A DNA stretch of 64,000 nucleotides, from positions 558,001-622,000 of the forward strand of contig CP110440.1 of NCBI GenBank assembly GCA_026914245.1, given 5' to 3'. Under the pieces are notes generated by a model. The model made no database searches. It was not told where the DNA came from and was given only the letters and a program-made list of their open reading frames with translations. This DNA comes from Puccinia triticina. Taxonomy: Eukaryota. Shown one piece after another: positions 25,123-39,100 of the stretch. Both the position numbers and the translations under genes were made by a program. Positions within the stretch are counted from its first letter, which is position 1, and the number at the start of each line of letters is the position of its first letter.

Positions 25123-28100
25123 TTTTGTAGCTCTGACTCATTAACTTTATTTCTTCTACAAGGAGCTGACATGTACACACAACTAGAGAGCCCCCTGCAC
25201 AAGATCAAGAGTGGGCCTGAAAGCATGCAACACACAAGACAACAGGAACAAGACATGTACTGGAACTGGGACAGGACAGTGACAGGGACAGGAACGGGAA
25301 AAGGAACAGGGACTGGGACAGGAACAGGAACATGAATATGAACTGGGGACAGGAACATGAAAACAAAGAAAGTGAGCGGACTAAAAACCTCAGATTCTGA
25401 CAAGTTTGAAAGTGGGAAAAGGTGAGTGGTGGAGGCAAAAGGGGTTAGCACAAGAGCAGAGCTTGGTGGGGGTGTGCGTGTGAGCAGGAAGGAGGATGCA
25501 TGGGATTTTGCCACAAACATTTCATATTTTACTGCTTTTCTAAGTTTTCTGGTTTTTTTTCTTTGTTTGTGTACAAGGGGAGGCAGAGGGGGGAGATCCA
25601 CCATGGATTTTATTTTACTTCACTTACAGATTTTCTGGAGTTTTTTTATGGGCTGTCACTCTTTTATAGCTTTATTGTTGCTTGTGTTATGGTGTTTGCA
25701 CGGGTCCACAAGCCCATGTGGTCACCACCCACTTGAATGAGTGGTGTATCCACGGAATCACAATGAGGAATCCACAGAAGCCTTGGGCTTTCTGTGGGCA
25801 CAGAAAGGACTCCTTGTGATACAGACAGATTGACAAGAGGTTTGAGATAACAACAGCCCCACAATTATTCAAAGGGTTGGCTCCTGTGGGTTCTTGGTGC
25901 ACTCCACAAAAGCTGATTTGATTGGTGGGATCCACTTGCGGAGGAAGGGGCACCGGAATAAATCCATTGAATATGTTCTAAATCTGTACTGCAAGGGTAC
26001 CAATCTGCTGCATTGCAACAAATTGGGCAGGGAAGTGGAGGAATAAAAACAGTAACAAAAAAGAAGGCACATAGAGAGAGAGCAAAACAATAATAAAAGT
26101 ATAACATAGCAAAAAGGTGCAGCAAAAAATGGCTGTCATGCCCGTGCACACTTATTGAACAAATTCATTGGCCAAGAGCTCATGGAAGTAGACAAATTGA
26201 TGACAACTAGAGATCAAGGCGGCTACGCCGCTGTAAACTTAGGGCCCAACTGCTACCTCTATATACTTGTGTCAAAAATCAGCTTGCCATGAAGTAATGG
26301 CCCAGAGCAAAAAAACTTCTTGCCTGGTGCCAGCAGGTCAAGGAGAATTTTCATTTCCACACTCACTATGCAAGATGCACAGTGACTGTGCATTGAAGCT
26401 TGCTTGAATCATCATTGGACAGAGTGCAAATAAGACCGAAAGCTGCCTCAGAGCTCCTTCACCTTGACCGGTGTGGAACCTCTCAACTGGGTGAGATGAG
26501 CTTGGAGGGGAAAAGTATGTTGGGATACTTGGGTGTTGGTAAGACTGCCCTCCTGGAATAACTCTGGGAGAAAGGGTTCACTAAGAATAAAATAATTTGT
26601 GGCTGACTTCTATTCTAGTGAGAACTATTACTGGAGTCTTACAAGGACAACCTGCAAGGGGGGAAGAATGAGGGTTGGAGGAGGGAGAATGGTTGAGGAT
26701 TCAAGGATGTATCTGGTTCTCTGTCAATTATTCACTAAGGTATTCTGTTCTGGTTTCAATGATGGTTATCTGTCTCTGATGATATTTCTCAAGGATAAAG
26801 GTGATGAATGCTAGTAGGTATCATTTACTATTCTAATGCAAGCATGGGAGGAAAGGAAACAACAACTGATGAATGTAATCTTTATAAGTCATCTAGTACA
26901 TTGGGGTAAATAATAATCAAGGGAAATAGTGGGGCAATGCCTTCCCTGTACAACTGGTTGGGGTTTGTGTCTGGGGTTATTCTGTACTGGGGAAGGACAT
27001 TTGGTTGGGGTAATTCCACTACTACAACTGGCTGGGGTTTCACTAGAATTTTCTTCAGGCTAAACTATGTACTCTTCAGTTGGGGTGACTAGACTGGATG
27101 ATGTAATAGTACTGGTTATGCCAGATGCTGATGGGGTTATTTATCTAGAGTGATTTTAGCCTTCTTGATTATGTATTTATCTGTACTATGTATAAAGATG
27201 CTCTTGTATAATAAATAAGAGGGAATATCTTGTGAAATGATTGGTCTGTGACTGTTTTTGTGATATGTAGCCATGTAACAGAAAATGAGGAAAAGAGCAA
27301 AATAAGAGAAATAATATAGCTAGGCATATGTAATAAAGATGGTACCCAGGATAACTTGACCTGTAGATTGTGATTCTGCTATAATAATGAAGGATTTTCT
27401 ACTTATATGGGCTTGAAATACTATGTATGGGTTTGAGTGATCTCACCACACCGGTGGCAGCTGCTTGACTTTTTCTTGTAGTGTGAAAGTTTATTTGGTG
27501 TTTATACATGTCAAATGCTTGCAGTGCAACTTTTTCTTGCAGCAGGAAGGTATAATCTTTCACCCATCTAAAAAGCTGACTGTATGAAATCAATTGATTC
27601 AATATTTCATATAAGAACATTGAAAGAGTAATTTCACAGATAAGATTGGATATAATTTCCACTTCATGAGAAAATTCAAGTACAAAGATAATCACTCATT
27701 TCCCCAAAACCAGATGAATTTTATGCATATTTAGACATTACACCTGAAATCAGCCCACAAATATATACTTTCCCTTTATAAAGCAAGGTTGGCATGTCTG
27801 CTCTGATGGTCAAACCATAGCAAGAGAGAGAAGGAGAAATGGGTGCAGAAGAATTTTCTGTTGAGAGAGATCACAGAGACAGCCTAGCATATATACAATG
27901 CATCCAACACAAGTGCAAAAAATCAGAGAAACAAGAGAAAGTAGTGGTTAAAACTCTCTAGACATACACAGGAAACAAAAAAAATACAAAGAGAAGATAA
28001 TAAAAACAAGGAGATGAGCAAGCACACAGTTTCTTGGAATGGGAAGCAGTGGGCAGATGCCAAACAAGCCACCGGCCTCCAGCACCCATTGGGCCCTAAA

Positions 28101-28533
28101 GAACTTGTGTTGGATCTTGTCAGGATGGGCACCTTGATATTACCCGCTATGATCCTACATTCCAGGCTGAGTTCGAAGGAGACATACGGGGGAACATAGG
28201 GGTTAGGGGGAAGGGGAAACATTTGCAGAGGAAGCGTTCAACACCAACAAGTGGATGTGGCCAGTGCAGCATTGTAAGGGCCCTTGAAGTATGGGTGCCA
28301 GACTTGTTTGTTGACAACACCAAAGGCTACTCCTTGGGGTCAGGCAAAAGATGGAGGCTGGGGCCTTCCAAGGTGTGAAAAAGCAAAGGGACTCATCAAC
28401 CCTAGTGTACCCAGACAAGCTCCCCTTGCCAACCATTTCCAGCACTCTTCAGCCGGCAGTGGGTTTGCGGTGTTCCGGCGCTGCCAGAGAGCCTGGGCGC
28501 CGGTCTGGCGCTGGGCATCTTCTGTGATGCCTT

Positions 28534-29763
28534 CACTTCAAAGATAATTAAATTCCCCAAAAAAATTACTTAAAGTTTGAAGTTGGGAAAATCATTGAAA
28601 AAAAATCACTTCCTACTGAAAAAAAATGCTAACTGAGCGTGCTCAGCCAAAAAAATAAAAATGTGTCAGAATGAGTAAAAAACAATGGGACACATTTCTG
28701 GGGTGATTTGTTAGACGGGCCTGCATCAGGCCCGCATGGGCCCATACCAGGCCCGTTGGGCCCATTGAAAAAGCAGTATTTGTTTGGAATTCCCATGCTC
28801 TGCTAAAATATGAAATGCGTCAAACCAAATAAATAATGAGGGGGCACATTTTTTGGGAGATTTTTTCACGGGCCTGAATGAGGCCCACCCGGCCCTCACA
28901 AAGCCCACTGCCACTGGGCCCATTGAAAGAGTAGCCTTAGTCAAGAATGCCTTATATGCTCAGCTAAGAAACAAAAATGTGTCAACCTGAGTAAAAAATA
29001 TGGGGCCACACTTGTGGGGAGCGCTTATTGACAGACCTGCATCAGGCCCATACGGGCCCACCCAAAGCTGGTTGGGCCAACCCAAAAGTATTCTTGGTTA
29101 AGAATGCCCATATGATGTTTCAGAACAGCACCAATTGGCCACTGATCAACAGAAGATATTGAAGGGCTTCTGACATCTGTATGACATTTGTGCACTCACA
29201 GAATGTAGGTCCAGGCCCATCCCTTCCCCTAGGAAACCTGTTGGCCCGTACGTGCCTGATACAGGCCCGTCCAAAAAGCCTCCCCAAAAATCCCCCCCCC
29301 CCCCCGTTTTTTACTCAGTCTGACACATTTTTTTTTTCTTAGCTGAGCATATGCTTTCTTAACCAAGGCTACTCTTTCAATGGGCCCAGTGGGCTGTGTG
29401 GGGGCCATGTGGGCCTCCTTCAGGCCCGTGAAAAAATCTCCCAAAAAATGTGCCCCCTCATTATTTATTCGGTTTGACGCATTTCATATTTTAGCAGAAC
29501 ATGGGAATTCCAAACAAATACTGCTTTTTCAACGGGCCCAACGGGCCTGGTATGGGCCCATGCGGGCCTGATGCAGGCCCGTCTAACAAATCACCCCAGA
29601 AATGTGCCCCATTGTTTTTTACTCATTCTGACACATTTTTATTTTTTTGGCTGAGCACGCTCAGTTAGCATTTTTTTTCAGTAGGAAGTGATTTTTTTTC
29701 AATGATTTTCCCAACTTCAAACTTTAAGTAATTTTTTTGGGGAATTTAATTATCCTTGAAGTG
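28534..29763. mobile_element. CACTA-like foldback element with about 500-bp arms
   Basis: CACTTCAAAGATAATTAAATTCC...GGAATTTAATTATCCTTGAAGTG; 3-bp TSD CTT (28531-28533, 29764-29766). Confidence 0.88.
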
Positions 29764-29929
29764 CTTTGAGACAGACAAACATACTATTTTTGATCTCGTC
29801 CTCATATTCGTTGTCGCTATTGGTGGCGGGGGCCTCTGGAGGGTAGCACCTCTCGTACTGAAGCCTGTCCAACAGCCAGTACTTAGATGGTCGGCCTCGA
29901 ACTCGGAGAAGCGGGTCTTTTAAACGAGA

Positions 29930-30260
29930 TAGTCAAAGAGCTTGGGGATGAGCCAGATGGAGTGTTTTTTGGCAATGACCAAATAGAGCTGAATGACATT
30001 GGGATTGTGTAGACGGCCGTGGTGGTTTGTTTTGTGGGTGGGCAGGTGATGATGACTTGAGGATGTGTTTTATGGCGACCCGCGAGCTTATGAGGCGATG
30101 GATGCCCAGTCTGGCGGCACTGAATATTTCTGCGAGAAGGTGAAGCAGATGATTGAGATGAGTGAGTGAGATGGGTGTGTGAGATGAGTAAGTGAGTGAT
30201 GAGTAGGGCAAGGATGGAAGTGACTGACCTTCGCCGATGACCCTACCAAGGGTGTATGTA
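29930..30260 (-). pseudogene. Ser/Thr protein kinase N-lobe fragment
   Basis: YTLGRVIGEG, an intron-like gap, then ARLGIHRLISSRVAIKHI (subdomains I-II); no catalytic loop found. Confidence 0.5.
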
Positions 30261-32516
30261 AGTGGACAATGACCTTGAGGGATGTTGGGCGGGCAGAATG
30301 AGCATGTTTATCTTGGCAATGCCGGCACTCTGGCGGGCTATTGAGACTGGCCCTAGGATTGCCTGATCATGAGCCTAGCGGGATCTGAGCGTGCCGTGAT
30401 ATAGCGCCAAGGGAGGCGAACAAAGAGTTTGATTTCCAGGATGAGTTTGGCAGAGTCAAACAAGCGAACCAGCCATGATATCACACCAAGAATCAGCCTA
30501 CTCCTCCAGCCATCCGACCACTATCTGTCAAGGAAAAAACCGAGCGGAGGGCTTGACAATGGCAACCAAGAGATGTCCTAGCCGGTGCTGCCCGTTGTCA
30601 GAGGAAGAGAAATCTTAGACTTTGGAGCAGAGTGGATGGATGGCTTGGAGGAGAGGACGTACCTGGGTCTAGATCAAATGAGGATGTGTCCAGTTGTTGC
30701 GCACACCCGGGGATTCTCTGCACTGTGCGGGTTTCTAAAGGATGTACCCGCCCACACTACCACAGACAGCATCAGCTTGGGCCAAAAAAGAGGAGAGGGA
30801 AACGCCAACAAGATCCGCCAGACCTTTCATTGGCAATAGTGGATGGAGAACAAAATGACCTACTGTTTTGATTTTGTTTGTGTGGTAGTCAGGAGAGATG
30901 GATGGGGGTCTGGAGCGTTACCAAGGTGATAGGGGAAGGCTTATCTGTGTTGCTGAGTTGGTTTTGGCTGGGAAGGGTACAAGCTGGTGGTTCCGTGGCA
31001 GTGGTGTTGTCACCTGGGCGCCAAGTTGGCGGTGATGGTGGCCTTGTTGCCATGGCATCGTATTTTGAACGGAACCATTAAACCAAGTCCAACGTGAAGT
31101 CAAAAACGATGTCGTGGTTGAGAGTTGCAGACACAGCACATTTGGCCAGGGCTTCTCCTGCTATCGAGGTCGCCACCATTGTGTCGCCGAGACAGCTGTT
31201 GGATGAGAGAAATCAAGTCAGCCATAATACACATAGTAATTGTGGAAGATTGAGGGACCAGACAACAAACAAGCCACTGAAGCTACCTCGGCGCCGAGTT
31301 AGTACTTGTTGATTGACCACCCCAGCCTGGAGAGAGCAACGAAAGCGCCCAGGGAGATCATCCAATGGCGAGGGCACCGCCTAGTGGTGGTCAGAGAATG
31401 GTATAGTCTGGTCAGGTCATGCAACAGTTGGGAGGAGTTCATCGTTGGGCTCATGCTTACATATGTATTGAGTGCTTTTGCCTGCAATGGCCATCGTGGC
31501 GCAACATCGTTGTGTGTAATTGGGAGCTTGGCAACGGCCTAATGGTTGAAACTGGGTACATACCAGGGTCAAGGCGTCGAGCTGGAGGGGAGAAGTCGGG
31601 CAGGTTTCTTGTATGAATGGCTATTTAATGAAGCCTGATGAGTATTATTGTTTGCCCCAGGCATCCTCTGCCGCTGTAATTCCAGCGTGCGGTTTGTCCT
31701 CAACCCCCTCCGCTGTTGCACTTGCACAGTTTGAGGGGCTCTACTCGGTGGCCCCCCTTTGCATAATGCCTTTACTGCGCGCACTGGGGGTCATCCACCC
31801 ACTATTTTAAACCCTGCTAGACAGGGATGGATAGTGGGTCCAGTTTGTGGTGTTTGGATTTTGTTTTTGTGATTTGTTTTTTTGAAAGGGGGAACCCTTG
31901 CATTTTTTTTTTAATTTGGTTAATTTTTAGGGGGAACCCTTGATCTTTGTTTCTGTGTTTCTCTGTCTTTAATAAACTTGGATGAGGGAGTCAGGAGGCC
32001 TTTTCCATCAGCCAGGATTCCAGTCAAGGTGTTGCAGTGGGTGATGGTGATCAGCTTGTAAGATGTTTTGCCACCCAAAGGTGTTACTCAAGCAACAACA
32101 GGATAGAAAAAAAAAACAGTTGAGTGCGAGTATAGTAGAATTGATCATTAGGATGTTAAGATGAAGCTGTTCCCAGGACCCAATCTGATGGGGGTGCTTA
32201 ACTTACTAGGCCAAATGATGCCAGATCCATCCTCTGATCAACTGCTGATACATTCTTGGTGTTCAATTCATATTAATCACATGCGCATGAAGGTGGTCAT
32301 TGTTTTCACTTTGCTAATGTAACCCTCTTGTGCACCCATACAAGTTTATTAAAAATCACAGGTCTCCCGCAGATCATCAGCATGTAGACCCCTGTTAGAA
32401 TTATATGAAAGGCCCATCTGAATTGGCATATTTCCCTAAAGAAGGCTGGTATCATCTAGATTTGAGCCAAAAAAAGGATGAAAATATGAGTCAAGTTAAG
32501 CTTGGAGGTGTGTGGT

Positions 32517-32738
32517 ACCAATAGTGCAACAAGTACAATATGTGTAATTGTATTGGAAAAACTTAAAAATACATGTATCTGTATCATATTTTTTTCCAAA
32601 AAGTGTACACACGTATCATTGGAATTGTTTGGTGAGACCAATACAAAATACATTTATCATATTTTTGTGTATCTGCATGAAAATACAATACAATGTATAG
32701 CCTATACAATACATGTATTGTAATTGTTGCACCGTTGG
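32517..32738. mobile_element. Palindromic MITE
   Basis: ACCAATAGTGCAACAAGTACAATA...TATTGTAATTGTTGCACCGTTGGT. Confidence 0.6.
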
Positions 32739-34250
32739 TGGTACCAGATTTCAGCTATGGCTTCTTAACACATATAATCTTGTGAGTTTTTTTGTTTGTT
32801 TGGCTTTCCAATGTCTCCATGCTGGGCTGATGTAAGTGGGTGATAGGTCTTGTGAAACCCCACAAGGGGTGGCAGTTTACACAACACTTCCACTCCTCAG
32901 CCCCCCCCCCTTTCTCCCCCTATTCTGAAAGAATCCAGTTATGTTGTAGATTGTTCTAATAAGTCTGAAATTAACATTTCTGAGCTTAGCAGTACATACC
33001 ATTTTTTCAAAATTTTGATCCAAAACATTGGCCACATTGACAGAAAATCCAATGAATAAATAAAGAACTAGAGACCAAGGCGGCTGCGCCGCTGCAGTGC
33101 CTTGATGCCACTGGGCGCCCTGAGTTGAGAATCCCCTGCTTAAGGATCAATTGGGCTACATCTAACTTGAAGTAGTATATTGGCATTCTTAATCAGACAA
33201 GCTCTCTCTTGTCCTTAAGCTGCAATTAAATCATTTTTATCACTATTTGAATTAAGACATTTCACCATGCCCCAGCTCTTCTAGAATCATGTTTCCCTCT
33301 GATATTTGACTTAATTTGCAATCAAACTTCATGAAATGATTAGTTTTAATTTATCACACCTAGCCATAACTTGGTTTTAGAACCCATGGGCTACTTAAAA
33401 GTTAAAACATTTGAGAAACACTTTGACAGTAAATGAGCTTATGTAGAAAAGAGCTTTGACAAACACTTGCAACCAAACACTCAACATTAACCAGAGCAAA
33501 TCTACATTTCTAAAGTCCACTTGCATTGATAGACTCAATTGATAAAGGCTTCTTTCCTCAGAGAGTGCTTGAGATAAGTAATTATTGTCCCAGTACTCAC
33601 AGCCATCACTGCATGCTTGCACTTTCTCTTGCAGCTTAAAGGAGAAGATTCCTTCATTTGTAAACTATTTGTGTTGCCTGTTACCTAGGTACTCAGTACT
33701 TGGATTTGATTACAGGTCTTTTTTTTACAGACTCCCAACGTTGAAACTAAGCCTGCTCCACAATCACGCACTGTGGCTTGATGCCGTCCCAAACACACCA
33801 AGTAGCAACATTTAACCACTTTTACCTTGGGTCCTCAACAAGTGAAATATTTCCACAACTATGCCCTAACTTGATGGGTTCTCAGATTGAACCACAATGG
33901 CAAGTCATATTACACAAAAAACCATCCGGACATCAATGCTACCCAACTTCAATTTCTCACTCCAAAGGCAGTCAGAAATATCAAGATTGTGACCATGCTC
34001 ATCTCATTCATTGCTGAAAGTTTACAGTTCAGGAGGGCAATGCCATCCAGCCAACCTCAGTTGTTGATCTCAGCACCCAATAGCCTTAAAGCAAGACGTC
34101 CAGCAAGTTAGCTGTGTAATTAAACATTTATTATCTCATCTTACTTGTTTGACAAGGCGCTGAGTTTAATGAGGTCAAAAAACACATTTGGGTTTCAAAC
34201 TTGATTTTGATTATTCAACAAGACGTGATCATGCTACTTGAACAGTGGCA

Positions 34251-36129
34251 TCACCACATAGCAGCACTAACAAGGCAATCCTGAGTAGCCTAGAAGAAGG
34301 TTGAATTAAGTATGTTATAGCTCACGTTCAACATTCATTGATTATTATGTTTTTGTCCCAATCACATGGGTCCTGAACATCAAAAAAAAAACTATCCACA
34401 CAAAAAAAAAAGGAGGAGGAAGGTATATTTACCGTAGTTTGGCAATTAAGACACTGCATGGCATTGCCCACTTGTACGCCGCCACCACCACCACCAACGC
34501 CGGCGACTTCGGCGGCAGCAGCAGCACTGTTGCTGTTGCTGTTGTTGTTGAGGCCGCCGGGGTTTTCTGAGTCAGTGGGAGCCAAGTAGGGCATCTGTTT
34601 GGAGCGTTTGCGGGCCTCGGCAATCGAGCTAGGCAGGCAGGACGGGCCGCTGCTGAATGAGATCTTGGAATGGATATCCTTGCGCTCCTTTTTCTCCCCC
34701 AACGTCGCACCAGCAGCAGCAGCAGAGGTAGTGTGGTCTCGGGTAGCAGGGGCGGCGGCAGGGGTGACACGGGTCGACAAGGCCTTGCTGGAGCTGCTCG
34801 TGCTGCTGGGACTCGACACCGCCACGCTTGTCGAGGGCTTAGTCTCCAAGACGTCCGGCTGGACGGCGGCGGGGGCAACACCGTCCTGGAGCCACTGGTC
34901 GCGGGCAGAGTGGGCCATGGGGGTGCCATCGAAGTGGTCGAGCTGGATTATCTATCGGCATGAGGACGGGTTAAAAACCAGTTCTTAAAGTAGACAATCG
35001 TACAAAAAGAAGACTTACGCGACGAACGAGCTCATCCAAGTACTGCCGGTGGGATGCCGACATAGGAATAAACGCGAGCGCATATAGGGCTTCATCTGCT
35101 GTCGAGAGCGTCTCTGGGAGGGTCCTGGGTGGAGATGGCGATGGGGTGACAGGTGCGGCGGCAACGGGGGTGGATGCCTGGGCATGTACTGCATCTCGAT
35201 CGATGGGAGAATATCCATCAGCGACCAAAGAGGCCTTGTGCTCTGGGTTCACTGTTGCTTTTTGGATACTCGTGAAAACGTCGTTGAATGAAGGAGCTTC
35301 TTTCCCTTTGAGGCTTTGTTCCACGGAGGATGCAAACGTTTCAGCGTCGACACCAATGGGCGCAACAAAGGAGGTCTGGAGCAACGATCCCACCAGCTCG
35401 TCGACGGTGACTTTAAGTTGCTTGAGCTCGACTGTGACCCGGATTGATTCGGCGAAGGTGGCCTCCAAGCCTGGGCCCTTGTTCCCAACGAGGGCAATCA
35501 TTTGCTTGGCCAGGGATAACTTGCGTCGACGGACGGATGGGCTGTATTTCTGTTTGAGCAGCGCGAAAATTGAGTAGGGGTCCTCTTCATTGGTGCTGTC
35601 GATGACGGCAAGGATATCCAAATGGACGGTGGACCAAGGGAGCCGGGAAATCGAGTTCTGCTCGTCGACGAGGCGGCTGGTGAAGTTGCTTTCTGCCGAT
35701 GTGAACTTATCAATATGGAAGACGTTTTGCAGCGTCCAATTGATCCCCTTCTCCCAGATCTCGAAGTTTGAACCATCGCGCTGAGGATGTCGGGGGGCGT
35801 GATGCGGTCGACGAGCGAGGGAAACTCCGGGGCAAAGAAGGTGTGCTGCTGCTGCTGCAGGGGCGAGCTTGTCGGAGGAGCTCGAAGTCGAGGTGAACCA
35901 AGAGGCCTGGAACCCGTACTTGAACTTGCCTTCCTGGTTCGGATCGCTCGGAGACAACGTCGAGCTGAATAGCTCAAACTTGTCTGGCTGGCTCGCGGTC
36001 GACCCCTGGGCCTGCTGCTGGAAAAGGAGAAATGCAGATTGTCAGACCGTCTTGCTGCTGTGCACAAACGGGAGAGAGAGAGGGAGAGAGACAGCGGACC
36101 TTTTCATAGCCAGAAAGATTGAGGCCCAT
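34251..36129 (-). CDS. Spliced chimeric ORF: copia Gag-like domain plus low-complexity region ending in a half GATA zinc finger
   Basis: Predicted exons 36129-36100, 36017-35019, 34951-34433, 34289-34251, all phase-0 GT-AG and in frame; DGSNFEIWEKGI...LLKQKYS...RRRKL; CLNCQTT|AT. Confidence 0.55.
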
Positions 36130-39100
36130 GCGGTACTGACCCTCGCAAGGGTTGGTGGCGGTATTCGGCCGAACGACGGACTCAAGGGTGGAGAAGGGTG
36201 GAGCAACTCAGGGTATCGAGGCCAGCAGGGGAGCGATCAGCAGAGTCGGAGGCCTGTTTATCATCGCGCTGCTGGGCCAGAGCCGGGTGTCTAGAAGAGG
36301 CAGGTCAGAAGGTGTTGGTGGTCCTCTTGAGGCAAAGGCGTTGAGGTGGCGTGGCGAAGGCGGCGGCGCTGCTTGTGGGTAGTAACCACAATAATGGCTG
36401 TGTCTTTGCCTGGGTGGGCTGGTTTGTTGTCAGGGCCGGGGTGGGGGGGGTAGGTGTGCTTAGTCGTGTGTTTGTCAATGGTGTGGGTGAGCAGGGGAGG
36501 TCTATAAAAAGCGGCCAGTGTTGGATGTTGAATCCCCAGGCAACTCACCGGCTGTAATTCCAGTCCGGGGGTCGTCTCACCCTTGTCCGCTGTCGCATTT
36601 GCGCAGTCTGGCAAGGGATATTTGGGGACCCCCCTGTGCTTTAGGGCTGGGGGTCTTCTTCCCAACGCTTTTTAACCCTGCTAGACAGGGATGGGTGTTG
36701 GGCCACGGTGTGTCAACTTGCTGCGCTGGGTGGCTGGGTGCGGGACAATTTTTTTTGGTCATTTTTGTTGTATGGCCTGCTTTTTTTTTGTGTATTGCTG
36801 GAATTGTAGGATGAATGTGGCCCTGTGATTGCTTTTTTTGTAAATGGGGGAACCTTTGATTTTTTTTTTAGTGATTTGCTTAATTGTAGGGGAAACCCTT
36901 GAATTTTTTTTCTACAAACCTGAAGCTTTAATATACTTGGATTTAAATTCATGATCAGTGAGTCCAAAAATATCAGAGGTATTTGACAAGCCTTGAAAGA
37001 ATTAAAAAATGTTCTTTTAACTAGACAACAATAGCTCAGTTCATTTTGGGGCATTTCAAGTTGATGTTGCTGGCTGATAAAACTGGGAGCTCAAAATGCC
37101 TTGAAATGGCCATCATGGGAGTCAGACTTGAAATTAAACACAGTTGATTTTCATCAAAATTTTGCTGGTTGTTGGAATTCTGTCAGATTCCTCTTACTTT
37201 CACCTCTGAAACTTGTTTTATATCATTCTCAAGCATTGTCAGAATCACTGTTAGTACAGAAGTCATCACACCATGTAGTCTAAGAACCGTGAGTAGTAGA
37301 TGCCATTTTGTCATACATGTATCAAGCATAGTCTCTGAGATAGAATACTTGAAACTTGTCTTGTAGTCACCTTTCTTTTATTTTACTTCCAACCACATTT
37401 TGGCCGCCTGTTGTTAGTCTACTTAAACCTAGTATACAACAAGCGATTAAAAGTCACTGGCTTCTCCTTCATTCTCCACGCCCCAACCTGAGCCGCATCC
37501 GGTGAGATCATCATCCTCACTGCTCCCCTTTCTCAAGCCTTAGAGCTCATCTCCTATCCTCACTCCTCTCTGTATGGCGGTAACCAGTCTTCTTTTTAAC
37601 ACTGGTCACGGCCCAACATGAACCTGGCTAATCTGTAGATGAAAATGAATGCAAGGTAAAAGAAGAAAATGTGGCAGACAGTCAAATGGGATTTCTGCTG
37701 CCTACACGCCCAGACAAATCAGGCATAGCCGCGACGCCATGAGGTCGCCAGGGCCGTACAGGCGCCCAATGGGCGTTACATGACGGCAGCTTGACCCGGA
37801 GTGCAGCTTGGTGTCACGGTGATAGGGGGCGGGGCGGCGTCAGGAAGCACACAAGTTTGTTGTAAGCCAAACTGGGCACCTGCCGGTCGTCCGTCCTTCA
37901 GGCCAACCGGTTGCAATGGTTGGGCAGGCGTCAATCACTGCCGCTGCCGTGGTGCCATCTGGGGGCGCCACCGGTTTGGCCCGGTCAGGTAGACGGCATG
38001 GGAGGTCCACGTCAAGGGGTTGCCCCGGTCGCCTGTGTAGCGACCCAGTGAGGCGTCTGGACCCAGAGCGCAGGCGAGCCGGCCTGTTGGCGACCTGATG
38101 ACGCCGGCCATTGACCTAGCATGCCCGCTGTTTCAGGCCGGCAACCGCTACACCTTGATTCTCTTTCATTGACTGCTCCCGCCCTTGATCCATCACTCCC
38201 ACAACCTCTCTCCAAACACGCAACTGAATATGATCCCCAACAAAGACTTCACCTAGTATAAAGTACTGCCCTCCCACCCTCTAATAGGGGGTTTCAAAGT
38301 TAATCAGATGCAACTTGCATGCACTTTTGCAAGTTGGTGTTTGAGTTCATTCTGGAACACTGAGTTGCAAAAGTGCATGCAAGCCACACTGTACTGCACC
38401 CCCTAAGCCTGCTTGAATGTATTTTTGAAATTTGGTGTTCAATAAAAGCCTTGAACACCAACTTGCAAAATTGCATGCAATTTGTGCATGGCCAACTTTG
38501 AATCCCCCTAATACATGGGACAAAACATCCCCTACATTGCAGGTCCCTTGGCAGGGACCTTGCCTCCGCTTGACTCTTGGGAATAGCAGGCCTTGATTGA
38601 GTGACCGCTCCCGCCTACTCAATCCATCCACCTCCACCACTCTGCAAGGCCGGACGGGAAGAATCTCGTGCAATCAGTCTTTGTCTTGATCATCCAACAG
38701 CCTCCAACCAACTTTGGCTCTGTTTTGAGCAACACACCCAGGGTTAAACAGTCCAAACACTTCACCCCGGTCAAGCTCTTGGTGATCCATAGGACTGACC
38801 GATGATGCACAGTATTCCAGCAAACAGGCCATCAAAGCTATCAGCCTCTGTTTCTCAATGACCAAGGTCTTCAAAGCAGAGGTCCTCACGGCTTTCATGC
38901 AACAAGTGGTTGATGAATTGACATTTTTTACGCTGCACCATTGGATATCGCCACCGGCTTGACGGGCCTGGGCCCCACTGGGCCCAGGTTAGAGGGGGCC
39001 CCGAGGTGGCCCCATCCACGGGTCGCACCGTTTGCAGCAGCTGCGCAAACATGCTGATTAGGGCTATGTACGCAGTGTCATTAACCACTTAGGGTAAAAC

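Noticed and set aside
24726..25604. 292-aa minus-strand ORF
   Set aside because: Spans an LTR-like remnant and a (PV)n low-complexity repeat; no coherent domain
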